From assembly GCA_965263295.1 (NCBI GenBank), contig OZ253665.1, positions 1,472,001-1,536,000 of the forward strand: 64,000 nucleotides of DNA, read 5' to 3'. Shown here one piece after another: positions 30,971 through 40,660 of this stretch. The notes under the pieces are model-generated. The model was not told where the DNA came from. It searched no databases and saw nothing but the letters and a program-made list of their open reading frames with translations. How positions within the stretch are numbered: the stretch's first letter is position 1; every line of letters starts with the position of its first letter. The stretch comes from Spirochaetia bacterium. Its GTDB lineage: Bacteria > Spirochaetota > Spirochaetia > SP-2023. The position numbers were made by a program, and so were the translations under genes.

Positions 30971-32029
30971 ATGAAGACTTCAATAAAGACTTCAATCGAA
31001 ATTTCATCGGCCCTTCGTGCGAATGCGACGCTCTGGTTTCTCCCGATAGGTATTTTGCTTGTCCTGATCTCGCTGTTGTTGGCTCTGTTTTTAGGGGTTG
31101 CCGATATTCCTCCGTCGGACGTTGTCGCCGTGCTTGGGGGAAAGAGTTCTGTCGAAGCTGCAAAAATCATCATGGATATCCGCTTTCCCCGCATCGTAAC
31201 CGGACTTCTGGCCGGTATACATTTCTCAATTGCAGGTCTTATATTGCAAACAATTACTCGCAACCCGCTCGCCGATCCTTCAATCATGGGGATATCGCAA
31301 GGCGCGACGTGCGCAATTGCGATTTTTCTATTTTTCAGCATCTACCACAATCTGAATTCGTATTACGTGCTGGTTGAGTCTCCGCTTGAGTTGCTGCCAG
31401 CGATCGGTACCTTGGGTGGCATTGTCTCTGGAGGCATCATTTACCTCTTGGCTTTTCGCCTGGATCTGGGGCCTCTGCGCATCACGCTCTGCGGTATAGC
31501 GGTCGGGACGGTCCTACAGGCGTTGGCAATCGGGCTGATTGCAGGATGGGGCTCCGATCGGCTGGAGATACTGCTGGAATGGCTCTCCGGTAGTCTTTAT
31601 GCCCGCACCTGGAGACACGCCCTGCTTCTTGGTCCGTTCACTGTCGTCGGCCTTGCGGTTTTGCCCTTGATTCGCAGGCCCATGGAGCTGATGAGTCTGG
31701 AGGCCACGATCGCGCGCTCTTTCGGACTTTCATATCGTCGACATTTCTCGTTTGCACTGTTGTTGGCCTGCGCTTTCTCCGCCAGCGCCGTGGGAACTGT
31801 AGGTCCCATTATTTTTGTCGGCCTCATCGTTCCGCACCTCGCGCGATTTATCGCGGGCAAGTATGTCTCTCTGCATATACCTCTAACGATTTCCCTTGGG
31901 GCAATCGTCACCACATTGGGAGACCTCATCGGCCGGCTGGTGGGACAGGCCGAGGAAATTCCGATCGGTGTGGTCACCGCGATTTGCGGCGTCCCCCTCC
32001 TCATTGCTCTCCTGCGCAAAACGCTATAA
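30971..32029 (+). CDS. FecCD-family iron ABC permease
   Basis: IRFPR, LQTITRNPLADPSIMGI..GA, WLSGSL, GPIIFVGLIVPH, EIPIG. Confidence 0.9.
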   Translation: MKTSIKTSIEISSALRANATLWFLPIGILLVLISLLLALFLGVADIPPSDVVAVLGGKSSVEAAKIIMDIRFPRIVTGLLAGIHFSIAGLILQTITRNPLADPSIMGISQGATCAIAIFLFFSIYHNLNSYYVLVESPLELLPAIGTLGGIVSGGIIYLLAFRLDLGPLRITLCGIAVGTVLQALAIGLIAGWGSDRLEILLEWLSGSLYARTWRHALLLGPFTVVGLAVLPLIRRPMELMSLEATIARSFGLSYRRHFSFALLLACAFSASAVGTVGPIIFVGLIVPHLARFIAGKYVSLHIPLTISLGAIVTTLGDLIGRLVGQAEEIPIGVVTAICGVPLLIALLRKTL

Positions 32030-32044
32030 AGAAAGGAAGAAAAA

Positions 32045-32848
32045 TTGATGTCGCTATCCTGTTCTCAATTGTCTGTCGCTTATGATCGTCACACCGCACT
32101 TAAGGATTTTGATCTCTTCTGCAGGAAAGGAGAGGTTCGGGCATTAATTGGCCCCAACGGCTCTGGAAAAAGCACGGCCCTGAGGGCTATTGCCGGTCTG
32201 ATCAATCTGGTTGATGGCCAGGTTCAGATTGAGGAAAAGTCCATCCGCTCAATGTCAAGGCGTTTGTTGGCCAAACATTTTGCCTTTTTGCCGCAGCATC
32301 CGACGGCGCCCGACGAAATGACTGTAGCCCAATTGGTTCGCCAGGGACGGTTTGCCCATGTCGGTCTCTTCAGACGCTACAGTTTGAGAGATGAGGCCGC
32401 AATTCGCTGGGCTCTTGAGATCACCAATTTGACCGGATTCGTCGATAGAAGGCTCAACCAGCTGTCGGGAGGCGAACGTCAACGAGCCTGGATTGCGGCG
32501 GTCATTGCCCAGCAAGCGCAGATTCTGCTCCTTGACGAGCCCACTTCTTTCCTCGATATCAGTTATCAAGTTGAAGTTCTAAATATTATCCATCGACTCA
32601 GCGAAGAAAAGGGAATTACGGTCGTCATGGCGATTCACGACCTCAACCAGGCCATCGCAGTCTGTGATCGCATTTCTCTGCTTGACAGGGGTCTGCTCGC
32701 CTTCGACGGCCATCCCCAGGCGCTGGTCAGTACAGATCTGATAAAGAAGGTTTTCAGGGTTCAAGGGACTTTTGTGCCAATTCGGGAAGGGGCTCCGCCC
32801 CATTTCGACGTCGAACTGGTGCACAAGCCCTCCCCTCGCTCTCAATAA
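32045..32848 (+). CDS. Iron-siderophore ABC ATP-binding protein (FecE/FhuC-like)
   Basis: GPNGSGKST, LSGGERQRAWIA, LLLDEPT, IHDLNQA. Confidence 0.92.
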   Translation: MMSLSCSQLSVAYDRHTALKDFDLFCRKGEVRALIGPNGSGKSTALRAIAGLINLVDGQVQIEEKSIRSMSRRLLAKHFAFLPQHPTAPDEMTVAQLVRQGRFAHVGLFRRYSLRDEAAIRWALEITNLTGFVDRRLNQLSGGERQRAWIAAVIAQQAQILLLDEPTSFLDISYQVEVLNIIHRLSEEKGITVVMAIHDLNQAIAVCDRISLLDRGLLAFDGHPQALVSTDLIKKVFRVQGTFVPIREGAPPHFDVELVHKPSPRSQ

Positions 32849-33155
32849 GGGCCCCAAAAAGTAGGAAATCAAAGTTATCTTGGTTTTGGTCTGGGGCGAC
32901 TTTACATTTTGTCAGGGGTGGAGCGGCACGGCAACTTCTGAGGTAAGAGCAAGGGATGAAATATTTAATCCCCACCCATCTTGCGCGCTGCGCACGACTG
33001 GGTTTGTCGTTTCAGTTTCGTGGCCTGGGCGTCGTAATTGACGGCAAGTTTGCCGGCACGCCGAGGATGCCATGTTAAAGGATTCTCGCGGGGGGCTGTT
33101 TTCTGGCAACAAGGCTATCAGCAGGAAAGATGTTGCCTAGGCTAAGCACTCATAT

Positions 33156-33912
33156 CTAGAACAAGACGATTGTCGCGATGTAAATTGCCGATTCAAAAGT
33201 GTGCGCGCAACGATTATATCGCATCGCAATACGCCAGTAGTCTTTCAATTTAGCAAAAATATTCTCAACTTTATGCCACTTTTTATAACTCGTTTTATAA
33301 TATCCTATTGGTTCCTTACGGTTCCCCTGACAGGGAATACAAGTCCCAATATTCTGATCTGCAAGCATTTTTCTTACTCTCAAGCTATCGTAGTCCCGAT
33401 CCCCAATCAGCACTTGCGCCGCGGGCAACTCAGAAAGCAAACATCTGCACCTTTGAAATCGCTTCTCTGACCTTCGTTCAGAACATGCAATTGGCTATTC
33501 ATACCTCCAAAGATATTGAATGGTACGCCCGATCAAGCGTGGCTCGCTGCCTTTTTTTGAGACTTGATGTCGTGCGGTGTGCCTTGAGATGGGTGGCGTC
33601 AATCATCAGCATATCCGCCTCTGCAGCGCTTGGTTTGGCCAGTTCTTCAAAGATATTTTTGAAAACACCGTTTTTTGACCTGCGAGCAAAACGGTTGTAA
33701 AGTGTTTTATAGGGGCCGTATTCAGGCGGAGCATCACAGCAGCGCGAACCATTGCGGATAATGAAGATAATACCGCCGAGGACACGTTTGTCATCAACCC
33801 TGGGACGACCGTGAGACTTTGGGAAATAGGGTTTAAGACGCGATTTCTGCTCATCGCTCAACCAAAATAGATTGCCCATAAATTGCCCATAAATTGCCCA
33901 TAAATTGCCCAT
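33156..33912 (-). pseudogene. IS5-family transposase, disrupted
   Basis: orfA/orfB with A7 slippery run, plus additional indels between GRT and GDR..DS and loss of conserved Trp residues. Confidence 0.8.
33871..33912 (+). repeat. 11-bp tandem repeat ATTGCCCATAA x3.8 spanning the transposase start
   Basis: Read directly. Confidence 0.9.
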
Positions 33913-34099
33913 GGGTAGGCTCCGTTTTAGGGATATTGAATCACTTTACTCTCTTGGAGTCAATGGGTCCTGAGCCTAGGAACATACGGGCCAGGCAATG
34001 GCCTGACGACTTGAGACTCTGGCGCCTCCCCCAGCCTTTTACGTTTGCTCTTTGATTGCCAGAATATTTCTTGAAATTGTTTAGAGATGGCTATCGGAC

Positions 34100-34128
34100 T
34101 TGTCGAATTTGCAGCATAAATGTATTAT
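34100..34128 (+). promoter_or_regulatory. Putative sigma70 promoter of trpS
   Basis: TTGTCG-N17-TATTAT. Confidence 0.45.
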
Positions 34129-34161
34129 GCTCGTTATATATGCTGAGGAAATTAACCGGTA

Positions 34162-35268
34162 ATGCCTGTGACATACGACGAAGCCGAAAATGATAATCGC
34201 GGCACATACGCTGCCGCAATGGCCGAAAGTGATGCTCTGGAGCGGAAGCTGCAGGACCCAGGACGGCGCCAGGATTATCGCATGCTCACTGGCGACCGTC
34301 CCACCGGCCGATTGCACATCGGCCACTACTTTGGTTCGCTGTGCAATCGTGTTGCCTTGCAGTCTCTAGGGCTGGAAACTTTTATTGTCATCGCGGACTA
34401 CCAGGTTCTGACGGATCGCGATCGGGGCGAGTGCATTGAGTATTTTACCCGTCAACTATGCCTTGATTATCTTTCTGTAGGTCTCGACCCAGAAAGCTAC
34501 CCGGTACATATTTTTATTCACAGTCAGGTTCCAGAACTCAACCAACTCTTCGTGCCGTTCTTGACTTTGGTCAGTCAGCGCGAACTGGAGCGCAATCCGA
34601 CTACTAAAGATGAATTGCAGTTTTCCCAGTTGGAACAACTGACCGCTTCTTTATTGACGTACCCGGTGCATCAAGCCGCGGATATTTTGTTTTGTCACGG
34701 CAATGTGGTTCCTGTGGGGAAAGACCAATTGCCCCATATTGAGTTGACGCGTGACATAGCGCGCCGTTTCAACAAACGTTATAGCCCGAAAGAAGCTTAT
34801 TTTGCCCGCCCCGTTGGCCTCTTGAGTGCGGCTCCTTCAATTATGGGCTTGGATGGTTCGGCCAAAATGAGTAAGAGCCGCGACAATAGTATTGAGTTGG
34901 CAGCGAGCGCGGACGAAGTGACAAAGGCGATCAAAAAGGCTAAAACCGATGGCGAGCGTCACATCACTTATGAGCCAGAACGGCGTCCAGAGGTGGCCAA
35001 CCTCTTACAAATGCTTTCTTTGTGCAGTGGTGAGTCGCCGCAAGTTGTCGCCGAGGGCATCGGCGCACGCGGGGCCGGAACCTTGAAACAAAAGCTGACG
35101 GAGGCTTTAAATGCCAAGCTGCAGCCAATTCGCCAGCGCCGCAGCGAGCTGGAACAAAACATGGACTATGTCGAGCAGGTGTTGCGCAATGGTTGCGAAG
35201 TGGCGCGGCAGCGCGCGGCAGCAACAATGAGACAAGTTCACGAGTTATTGGGAACCTATGTTCTGTGA
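34162..35268 (+). CDS. trpS: Tryptophan--tRNA ligase
   Basis: TGDRPTGRLHIGH, YPVHQAADIL, VPVGKDQ, KMSKS. Confidence 0.95.
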   Translation: MPVTYDEAENDNRGTYAAAMAESDALERKLQDPGRRQDYRMLTGDRPTGRLHIGHYFGSLCNRVALQSLGLETFIVIADYQVLTDRDRGECIEYFTRQLCLDYLSVGLDPESYPVHIFIHSQVPELNQLFVPFLTLVSQRELERNPTTKDELQFSQLEQLTASLLTYPVHQAADILFCHGNVVPVGKDQLPHIELTRDIARRFNKRYSPKEAYFARPVGLLSAAPSIMGLDGSAKMSKSRDNSIELAASADEVTKAIKKAKTDGERHITYEPERRPEVANLLQMLSLCSGESPQVVAEGIGARGAGTLKQKLTEALNAKLQPIRQRRSELEQNMDYVEQVLRNGCEVARQRAAATMRQVHELLGTYVL

Positions 35269-36028
35269 GTCTGGCCTTTCGGGGCCGCGTTACAGTGCGG
35301 CCCTGCTTGTGGCCGGCGGTGCGCCCAGCGATGGACAGTTGGCGCCTTTTATTCCTCAGGCTGAACGGCAAGAAATTTGCTGGATTGCCGCCGATGGCGG
35401 CTGTCGTCTGTCTTCTCGTTATAACGTGGAACTCGAAGCTACGATTGGCGATTTTGACTCGGCTCCCGCACCAGAAGCCGGGCGACAGATAGCGCTGGGG
35501 AGGCAGCTGCATTACGACAGAGCCAAAGACGAAAGTGACCGCAATTTGGCGCTGGAGTACTTAGCAGCCCAAGGCCATCGGCATATTGTTCAGATTGGCG
35601 GCGGCGGCGGCCGCAGCGACCATTTTCTGGCCATGGTTTATGATTATCAATCGCAGCGCCTGAATGTCGTACCCAAATTGTGGCTGACGGACCGTGAAGC
35701 GATTTTTTACTTGGATGAAGGTGAAGAATTGCGCTTGTCTCTCGCCATCGGCCAGCTGGTTTCGACCTTTCCCCTGACATTGCAAACGCGCCTGCATTCG
35801 CAGAATCTGCAATGGCCTCTGAGCGCGGTAGAGGCGTTCGGGACAATTGAGGAGGGTTCTGCCCTGCCTTACAGTCTGAGTAACTGGGTGGCAGCTTCAT
35901 GCCCAAATGAAGCAAGTGGAGCAACGGCGGTTTGTGTCGATCGGGGATCGGCACTGGTGTTTTGTCCGTTTTCTGAGCAGAATACTTCGTATGAGTCTGC
36001 TTGCCCTGATCAGGTACTGAAAACTTGA
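35258..36028 (+). CDS. thiN: Thiamine pyrophosphokinase
   Basis: IAADGG, IGDFDS, KDESD, GGRSDH, LQWPL, SLSN. Confidence 0.85.
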   Translation: MFCESGLSGPRYSAALLVAGGAPSDGQLAPFIPQAERQEICWIAADGGCRLSSRYNVELEATIGDFDSAPAPEAGRQIALGRQLHYDRAKDESDRNLALEYLAAQGHRHIVQIGGGGGRSDHFLAMVYDYQSQRLNVVPKLWLTDREAIFYLDEGEELRLSLAIGQLVSTFPLTLQTRLHSQNLQWPLSAVEAFGTIEEGSALPYSLSNWVAASCPNEASGATAVCVDRGSALVFCPFSEQNTSYESACPDQVLKT

Positions 36029-36101
36029 ACGAATGGACTACAATAACCGTAAGGTTTATTCCCATATTAACTTATATTAACTTTGTATCATGGAAATCTG
36101 A

Positions 36102-37097
36102 ATGACTAAAATACAATTGCAGAATTTGGACCAACTTGAATTAATTCAGATTGCTGTCAATCTGCGGATATTGCCGCAAAATTATACGAAAATGCGACAA
36201 ATGACTGTAGAAGGAAGATCTGAGGAAGATGATGCGGCCATTTTTGCAGGTACATTCCTAGATGAAGATGAGCGAGAAGAACTAATCAATGAAGTTTTTG
36301 AGCTACTTGCAGAACAGCACCTTGAGTCGCTCAATGATTTGACTTCCCCGCTGCGAGAGTCTTTGCACAAGTTTGAACTGGAGTTGGATAGCACTAGTAA
36401 CCTGGCTAGCCCCTTGCCGGCAGATTATCTCCTCAACTGCCAGGGCCTGACCAAAAATAAATTACATTTTATGTTGCGGGACATGGAATGGGCAGTGGTC
36501 TTTTGGCAGTTGTCTAGTGAAATTCAAGCCATTATTCAGGATGAGGAGCGCTCTCAATACCAGCGCCGCAATGGCCAATTGCCCCAATACGACTACGCTA
36601 CGACAGCGGGGGAATGGGAAGAGTCCAGTCTGAGTATTGTTATTCACGAAAGTGTCAATATGCCTAAATTTGGTCTGCAATCCAGGCCGGGAACCTCGCA
36701 AGGAAGTTTCGCGCGCGCTTACCACCGGGGCCGCGTCCGGCCATCCAGGGATGGGCAAGTTGCTGGAGTCAGGGGATTCGGCTCTCTGGAGAGTGGTGCC
36801 GAGACCATTCTGTACTCATTTTCAGTGAATAGCCATGATTATAAGCGTTATGTGTATTTGCACAGCAACTGTAATTATTATTGGACAGAATTATACAAAT
36901 ACGATATTGAGCATCATTGCCGGCTCTTGTTGGCACGCTCTGCAATTATATTTAAGCCAGCCTTGCTACAGTTGGACCTGTTAGAGCCCACAACTAGTGG
37001 TGAGGAACAGGCCATTCGCAAGCTTTATGAATTTTCAAATAGCGTTCCAAAGGAACTGGGTGCTTCGCCCAATTTTTCTGCGGCCAGCATTGCCTGA
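36102..37097 (+). CDS. Hypothetical protein, DUF4912-like
   Basis: LP..Y......LHFMLRD.EW...FW segment and position directly upstream of the GH57 branching enzyme. Confidence 0.55.
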   Translation: MTKIQLQNLDQLELIQIAVNLRILPQNYTKMRQMTVEGRSEEDDAAIFAGTFLDEDEREELINEVFELLAEQHLESLNDLTSPLRESLHKFELELDSTSNLASPLPADYLLNCQGLTKNKLHFMLRDMEWAVVFWQLSSEIQAIIQDEERSQYQRRNGQLPQYDYATTAGEWEESSLSIVIHESVNMPKFGLQSRPGTSQGSFARAYHRGRVRPSRDGQVAGVRGFGSLESGAETILYSFSVNSHDYKRYVYLHSNCNYYWTELYKYDIEHHCRLLLARSAIIFKPALLQLDLLEPTTSGEEQAIRKLYEFSNSVPKELGASPNFSAASIA

Positions 37098-37166
37098 TCC
37101 ATCCTAATGAATCAGGCAATTTCTTTTTTTTAGCGATGAATACAGCATCTTAGGACGGACGCTTAT

Positions 37167-38849
37167 ATGAAGGACAAGCATTATTTCAGCCTCTTGCTTC
37201 ACGCTCATCTGCCCTACGTCCATCATCCGGAGCAGCCGTCATATCTGGAAGAAAATTGGCTTTACGAAGCGATCAGCGAGACTTATATACCCTTGTTGCA
37301 AATATTGGAGCGTTTGGAACGGGACCAAGTGCCCTGTCGCTTGGCCATTTCACTCTCGTCAACCCTCTTGGCGATGCTTGACCACCCTAATTTACAGGCT
37401 CGCTACCTTGACTACCTGAGGCGCCAGTCGGAATTGTGCCAGACCCTAATTCAGAATTGGCGCTGTTCAACGGAGGAAAAAGCTTTATTGCAACACTATT
37501 TGCAGTTTTACCAAGATAACTATGTGTTGTTTCAGCATAACTACCGGTGCGAATTGATCCCAAGTTTTCGCCGTTTTCGCGACAAAGGCATGCTGGAGTT
37601 AATTTGTACAGCTGCCACACATGCTTTTCTGCCAAATTTCCAGCAATATCCGGCTTTAGTGCGGCAACAAATCCGTTTGGCGATCGCCACCTTTGAAAAA
37701 TATTTCGGCTGTTTGGAGCCCCAGGATTCACTCGGATTTTGGCTGCCAGAATGTGGTTATTACGACGGCCTGGATAGAATCCTGGTGGAAGAAGGAGTGC
37801 GTTATTGTTATATCGCGCTGCATGGGCTTTTGGGTAGCTCGCTGAATATTTCGGACAACAGTGCTGTGACGAGTAGCCATTTGCCGCGGTGCGGCAGCTT
37901 TGCACCTGTACAAAGCCCGGAAGGTTTGATCTTGTTCCCGCGCGAGCGGGCCAGTTCGGCCATTATATGGGATCAGCAAATCGGTTTTCCCGCAGCCAAG
38001 GCATATCGAGATTTCTATCAGGATGTCGGCTACAGAGCTGATATCGATGTTGTAAGGCCCCATTTGCCTTTTGGCCTACGCTATTATACCGGCATCAAGC
38101 TGTGGCGCATAGAAAGGCTGCCGGGCGGAGCTCCCTGTGCATATGAAAAAGATAATGCGGTAGCTCAGGCCCGCGATCACGCTGTGCAGTTTTTGCAAAA
38201 CCTGAGTGCTCATAGCCGGCAAGCGGCTTCTTTGATGCCGCGCACACCACTGATTAGTACGGTTTACGATGCCGAGCTTTTTGGACACTGGTGGAATGAG
38301 GGCCCCGTGTTTCTTGAACAGCTGTTGCGTCGTAACCATGAGCAGCGATTATCGGGGCAGTCAAACTTAGAGTTTGTTACCCCCAGTGAATATCTCCAAA
38401 GAGAGTCACGGTTTCAGATTTTACATCCTTGTTTCAGCAGTTGGGGTAAAGATGGCTATGCCCAAGTCTGGTTAGACCAGAAAAATGATTGGATCTATCC
38501 ACAGCTTTTTGAGCTTTATGAAAATATTGAAATGATTTTGGCTCAGAGGTCCATGCAAAACCTGAATCAGAATGTAATAGATGAATACGGTCTTTATCAG
38601 CAAGAAGCGATCAAACTATTAATTTGTAATTTTAGCCTGGCTTGCGCTTCGGACTGGGCGTTTATGATGAAATCTGATACCAGCAAGGACTATGCCATTG
38701 TTCGCACAAATGAGCATATTCAGAATGCTTCTAAGATTTTGCAGGGCTTTGTTCGCAAGAAATTTGATAGCAACTGGCTGATGCAATTAAGGCAAAAGAA
38801 TCGTATATTTTTAGACTTGGATATTGAAAATTTTTTCTTATACAAATAA
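37167..38849 (+). CDS. GH57 1,4-alpha-glucan branching enzyme (DUF1957)
   Basis: LHAHLPYV, EENWLYEAISETYIPLL, THAFLP, FWLPEC (nucleophile), YDAELFGHWW (acid/base), SSWG, SDWAF. Confidence 0.92.
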   Translation: MKDKHYFSLLLHAHLPYVHHPEQPSYLEENWLYEAISETYIPLLQILERLERDQVPCRLAISLSSTLLAMLDHPNLQARYLDYLRRQSELCQTLIQNWRCSTEEKALLQHYLQFYQDNYVLFQHNYRCELIPSFRRFRDKGMLELICTAATHAFLPNFQQYPALVRQQIRLAIATFEKYFGCLEPQDSLGFWLPECGYYDGLDRILVEEGVRYCYIALHGLLGSSLNISDNSAVTSSHLPRCGSFAPVQSPEGLILFPRERASSAIIWDQQIGFPAAKAYRDFYQDVGYRADIDVVRPHLPFGLRYYTGIKLWRIERLPGGAPCAYEKDNAVAQARDHAVQFLQNLSAHSRQAASLMPRTPLISTVYDAELFGHWWNEGPVFLEQLLRRNHEQRLSGQSNLEFVTPSEYLQRESRFQILHPCFSSWGKDGYAQVWLDQKNDWIYPQLFELYENIEMILAQRSMQNLNQNVIDEYGLYQQEAIKLLICNFSLACASDWAFMMKSDTSKDYAIVRTNEHIQNASKILQGFVRKKFDSNWLMQLRQKNRIFLDLDIENFFLYK

Positions 38850-38955
38850 TTTAATATTAAAATTTATCCCGTATTTTTGAATTTATCGACAGTAGATAAA
38901 GATATCTATGTTTTTACTGGCTGTATGCAAATACTAAATGGTTAGAATAAAAATT

Positions 38956-39039
38956 TGCCGGGGACCGGAGTCGAACCGGCACGCCCTTACGGGCATGGGA
39001 TTTTAAGTCCCAGGTGTCTACCAATTCCACCACCCCGGC
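38956..39039 (-). tRNA. tRNA-Leu (UAA)
   Basis: GCCGGGG acceptor, GGAATTGGTAGAC D-arm, anticodon loop CT-TAA-AA, long variable arm, GGTTCGACTCC; CCA not encoded. Confidence 0.95.
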
Positions 39040-39062
39040 GTCTGTATGCAGCAAGAGCTAAC

Positions 39063-39091
39063 AATATAACGAAGGCCGTGAACACGGTCAA
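39063..39091 (-). promoter_or_regulatory. Putative sigma70 promoter of tRNA-Leu
   Basis: TTGACC-N17-TATATT on the minus strand. Confidence 0.6.
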
Positions 39092-39094
39092 TAA

Positions 39095-39263
39095 ACACCC
39101 GCCAACGCCGTAGAGCAGCTAGAGCACTTGAACACTAGAGATTCAAAAAGGGCAGGCCAGGAATACATCGGCGAATGGGTATCTCGCCTCAACATCCCAA
39201 AACAGTGCCGTGTGCTATATTATTAGGCCAAGAGAATAGGGCCCATACGAACGCAGCAGGCAT
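39095..39263 (-). ncRNA. ssrS: Probable 6S RNA
   Basis: 5' AUGCCUGCUGCGUUCGUA pairs with 3' UACGGCGUUGGCGGGUGU; apical GGCGA/UCGCC stem; AU-rich central bubble; UUGAA...GUUCAAG motif as in 6S; immediately downstream of zapA. Confidence 0.72.
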
Positions 39264-39275
39264 AGCCAGTATACT

Positions 39276-39593
39276 TTATTCCGAGTCTTGAGGCAACTCG
39301 TAGGGCAATTGAGCGAGTTCTTGTAACATTTTTTTTACCAATATTTCGGCCGCCATGCCGTCTTCATGGGAAAGTAATTTTTCACGTTCGGCTCGTTCTG
39401 TCAGCAAGTCATCGACCAGTAAAAAAGCTGTAATAATAGCTATTTTCATTGAATCGTTAAGGCGCAGCGCATCTTGAGTCATGGCGACCTTGTGTTCTAA
39501 ATAGCGAAAAGCCTGTTCCATGTAAGCCGGATCGCAGTTGCTACGCAATTCAATGTTACTGCCCAGTAAAGAAAAACGGAATTGATTCTGCAT
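39276..39593 (-). CDS. zapA: Cell division protein ZapA
   Basis: F.LLG....L...DP.Y......Y...KV...KIAII.A..L.D.L; position after the ZapB-like gene. Confidence 0.75.
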   Translation of the reverse strand: MQNQFRFSLLGSNIELRSNCDPAYMEQAFRYLEHKVAMTQDALRLNDSMKIAIITAFLLVDDLLTERAEREKLLSHEDGMAAEILVKKMLQELAQLPYELPQDSE

Positions 39594-39636
39594 GAATTCG
39601 GATTAGGGGAGAGCGTATAGCTGAGTGGCAATGGGA

Positions 39637-40527
39637 TTAGAAAATTTCCGCGTCATCATCAAGTTCCGTTTCTGGAAAACCCAGGCCTCCTTCATTGGGC
39701 GCAGAATGAGGCCGGTTTTCTTGCGCATCGTTGAGGGCGGACAAGTTTTCTTCTAGGGCCAATAAACTATCGCCGCTGAGACCCAGGGAGATATCCAAGG
39801 AATGAGAAAGTTTTTCTCGTTCCAGTTCCGTGATTTCTCCAGAAAGGCTGGCACTTGTGTCATTTAATTCTTCGGCGACTTCTGTCATCGACCGGTGATG
39901 TATATTAGAATCTATTTCATCTTTCTCGGTCAGCTCTTGCGCAGAGACTGCGCTCTGCTGTAACCCTTCGCTCAAGGCATGACCTAAAGACTGATTCAAA
40001 ATTTTTGATTGACTTGTTTTACTTTGCACCGCCGCTAAATCTGGCGCTGCGGCAGAAATGGCAGCGGTAGCTTCAGGCATAGATTGTGCCGTCGGTTTGC
40101 GTTTTAGCGAATTCTCAAAATCATTTTCGCTAACGTGTTTAGGATCGACATTGCCGCGCCGTTCCATAAATTTTAGGCTATCAATAGGACTAACTTTAGG
40201 TATTTCCAGTTTTTTTACCGCGTTATCTTCCAATTCTATGGACGCATCAGCGACGACGGATGCCTGAGATGTGAAGCTGTCAATCTCTGCGGCAGTTTCT
40301 TCAGACTGTAAGTCCTGAAGCTCATCCAGCAATTCATTGACTTCCGTTTCGATTAATTGCTGGTTCTTCTCCAGGTCGCGATTTTCTTGAGAAAGGCCGT
40401 CTAGATCCCCTTCATATTGCAGCAATTTTTGCCGCAGTTCGGCATTTTCTCGTTCAAGCACACGCATGCGCGATACAGTTGTATGAACCATTTCCCGAAG
40501 TTGCTGCAACTGTTCCAGAGAAATCAT
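39637..40527 (-). CDS. ZapB-like coiled-coil protein with long acidic extension
   Basis: MISLEQLQQL...LERENAELRQKL coiled coil; ends DAEIF; lies between rplT and zapA. Confidence 0.6.
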   Translation of the reverse strand: MISLEQLQQLREMVHTTVSRMRVLERENAELRQKLLQYEGDLDGLSQENRDLEKNQQLIETEVNELLDELQDLQSEETAAEIDSFTSQASVVADASIELEDNAVKKLEIPKVSPIDSLKFMERRGNVDPKHVSENDFENSLKRKPTAQSMPEATAAISAAAPDLAAVQSKTSQSKILNQSLGHALSEGLQQSAVSAQELTEKDEIDSNIHHRSMTEVAEELNDTSASLSGEITELEREKLSHSLDISLGLSGDSLLALEENLSALNDAQENRPHSAPNEGGLGFPETELDDDAEIF

Positions 40528-40585
40528 AGTATCTCATCTCCCGACTGGGTAATGCTCTCCCAAGAGAGTCATCGGTGTCACCAAT

Positions 40586-40638
40586 AAAAATTGCCTTGAC
40601 CATAGCGCAGATATAGCGCATGCAGCGGCCAAGGCAAT
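40586..40638 (-). terminator. Possible terminator after rplT
   Basis: ATTGCCTTGGCC...GGTCAAGGCAAT then T-run on the minus strand; unusually large loop. Confidence 0.4.
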
Positions 40639-40660
40639 CCGTGTGGCATTCTGCCCAGCT

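Larger units (their letters stand above)
33140..33976 (-). mobile_element. Degenerate IS5-family (IS427-group-like) insertion sequence, 837 bp
   Basis: Imperfect terminal IRs GGCTAAGCACTCAT / GGCTCAGGACCCAT (11/14), flanked by (C)TA(G) on both sides. Transposase motifs GRPRVDD, YKTLYNRF, IDATHLKAHR, GDRDYDS, VENIFAKLK..RIA.RY. Confidence 0.85.

Noticed and set aside
33980..34160. T-box riboswitch upstream of trpS
   Set aside because: No T-box consensus or terminator; the putative promoter lies only about 35 bp from the start codon
40528..40660. rplT-zapB intergenic region as an alternative 6S RNA site
   Set aside because: Only 133 bp and lacks the 6S motifs; the segment downstream of zapA fits much better
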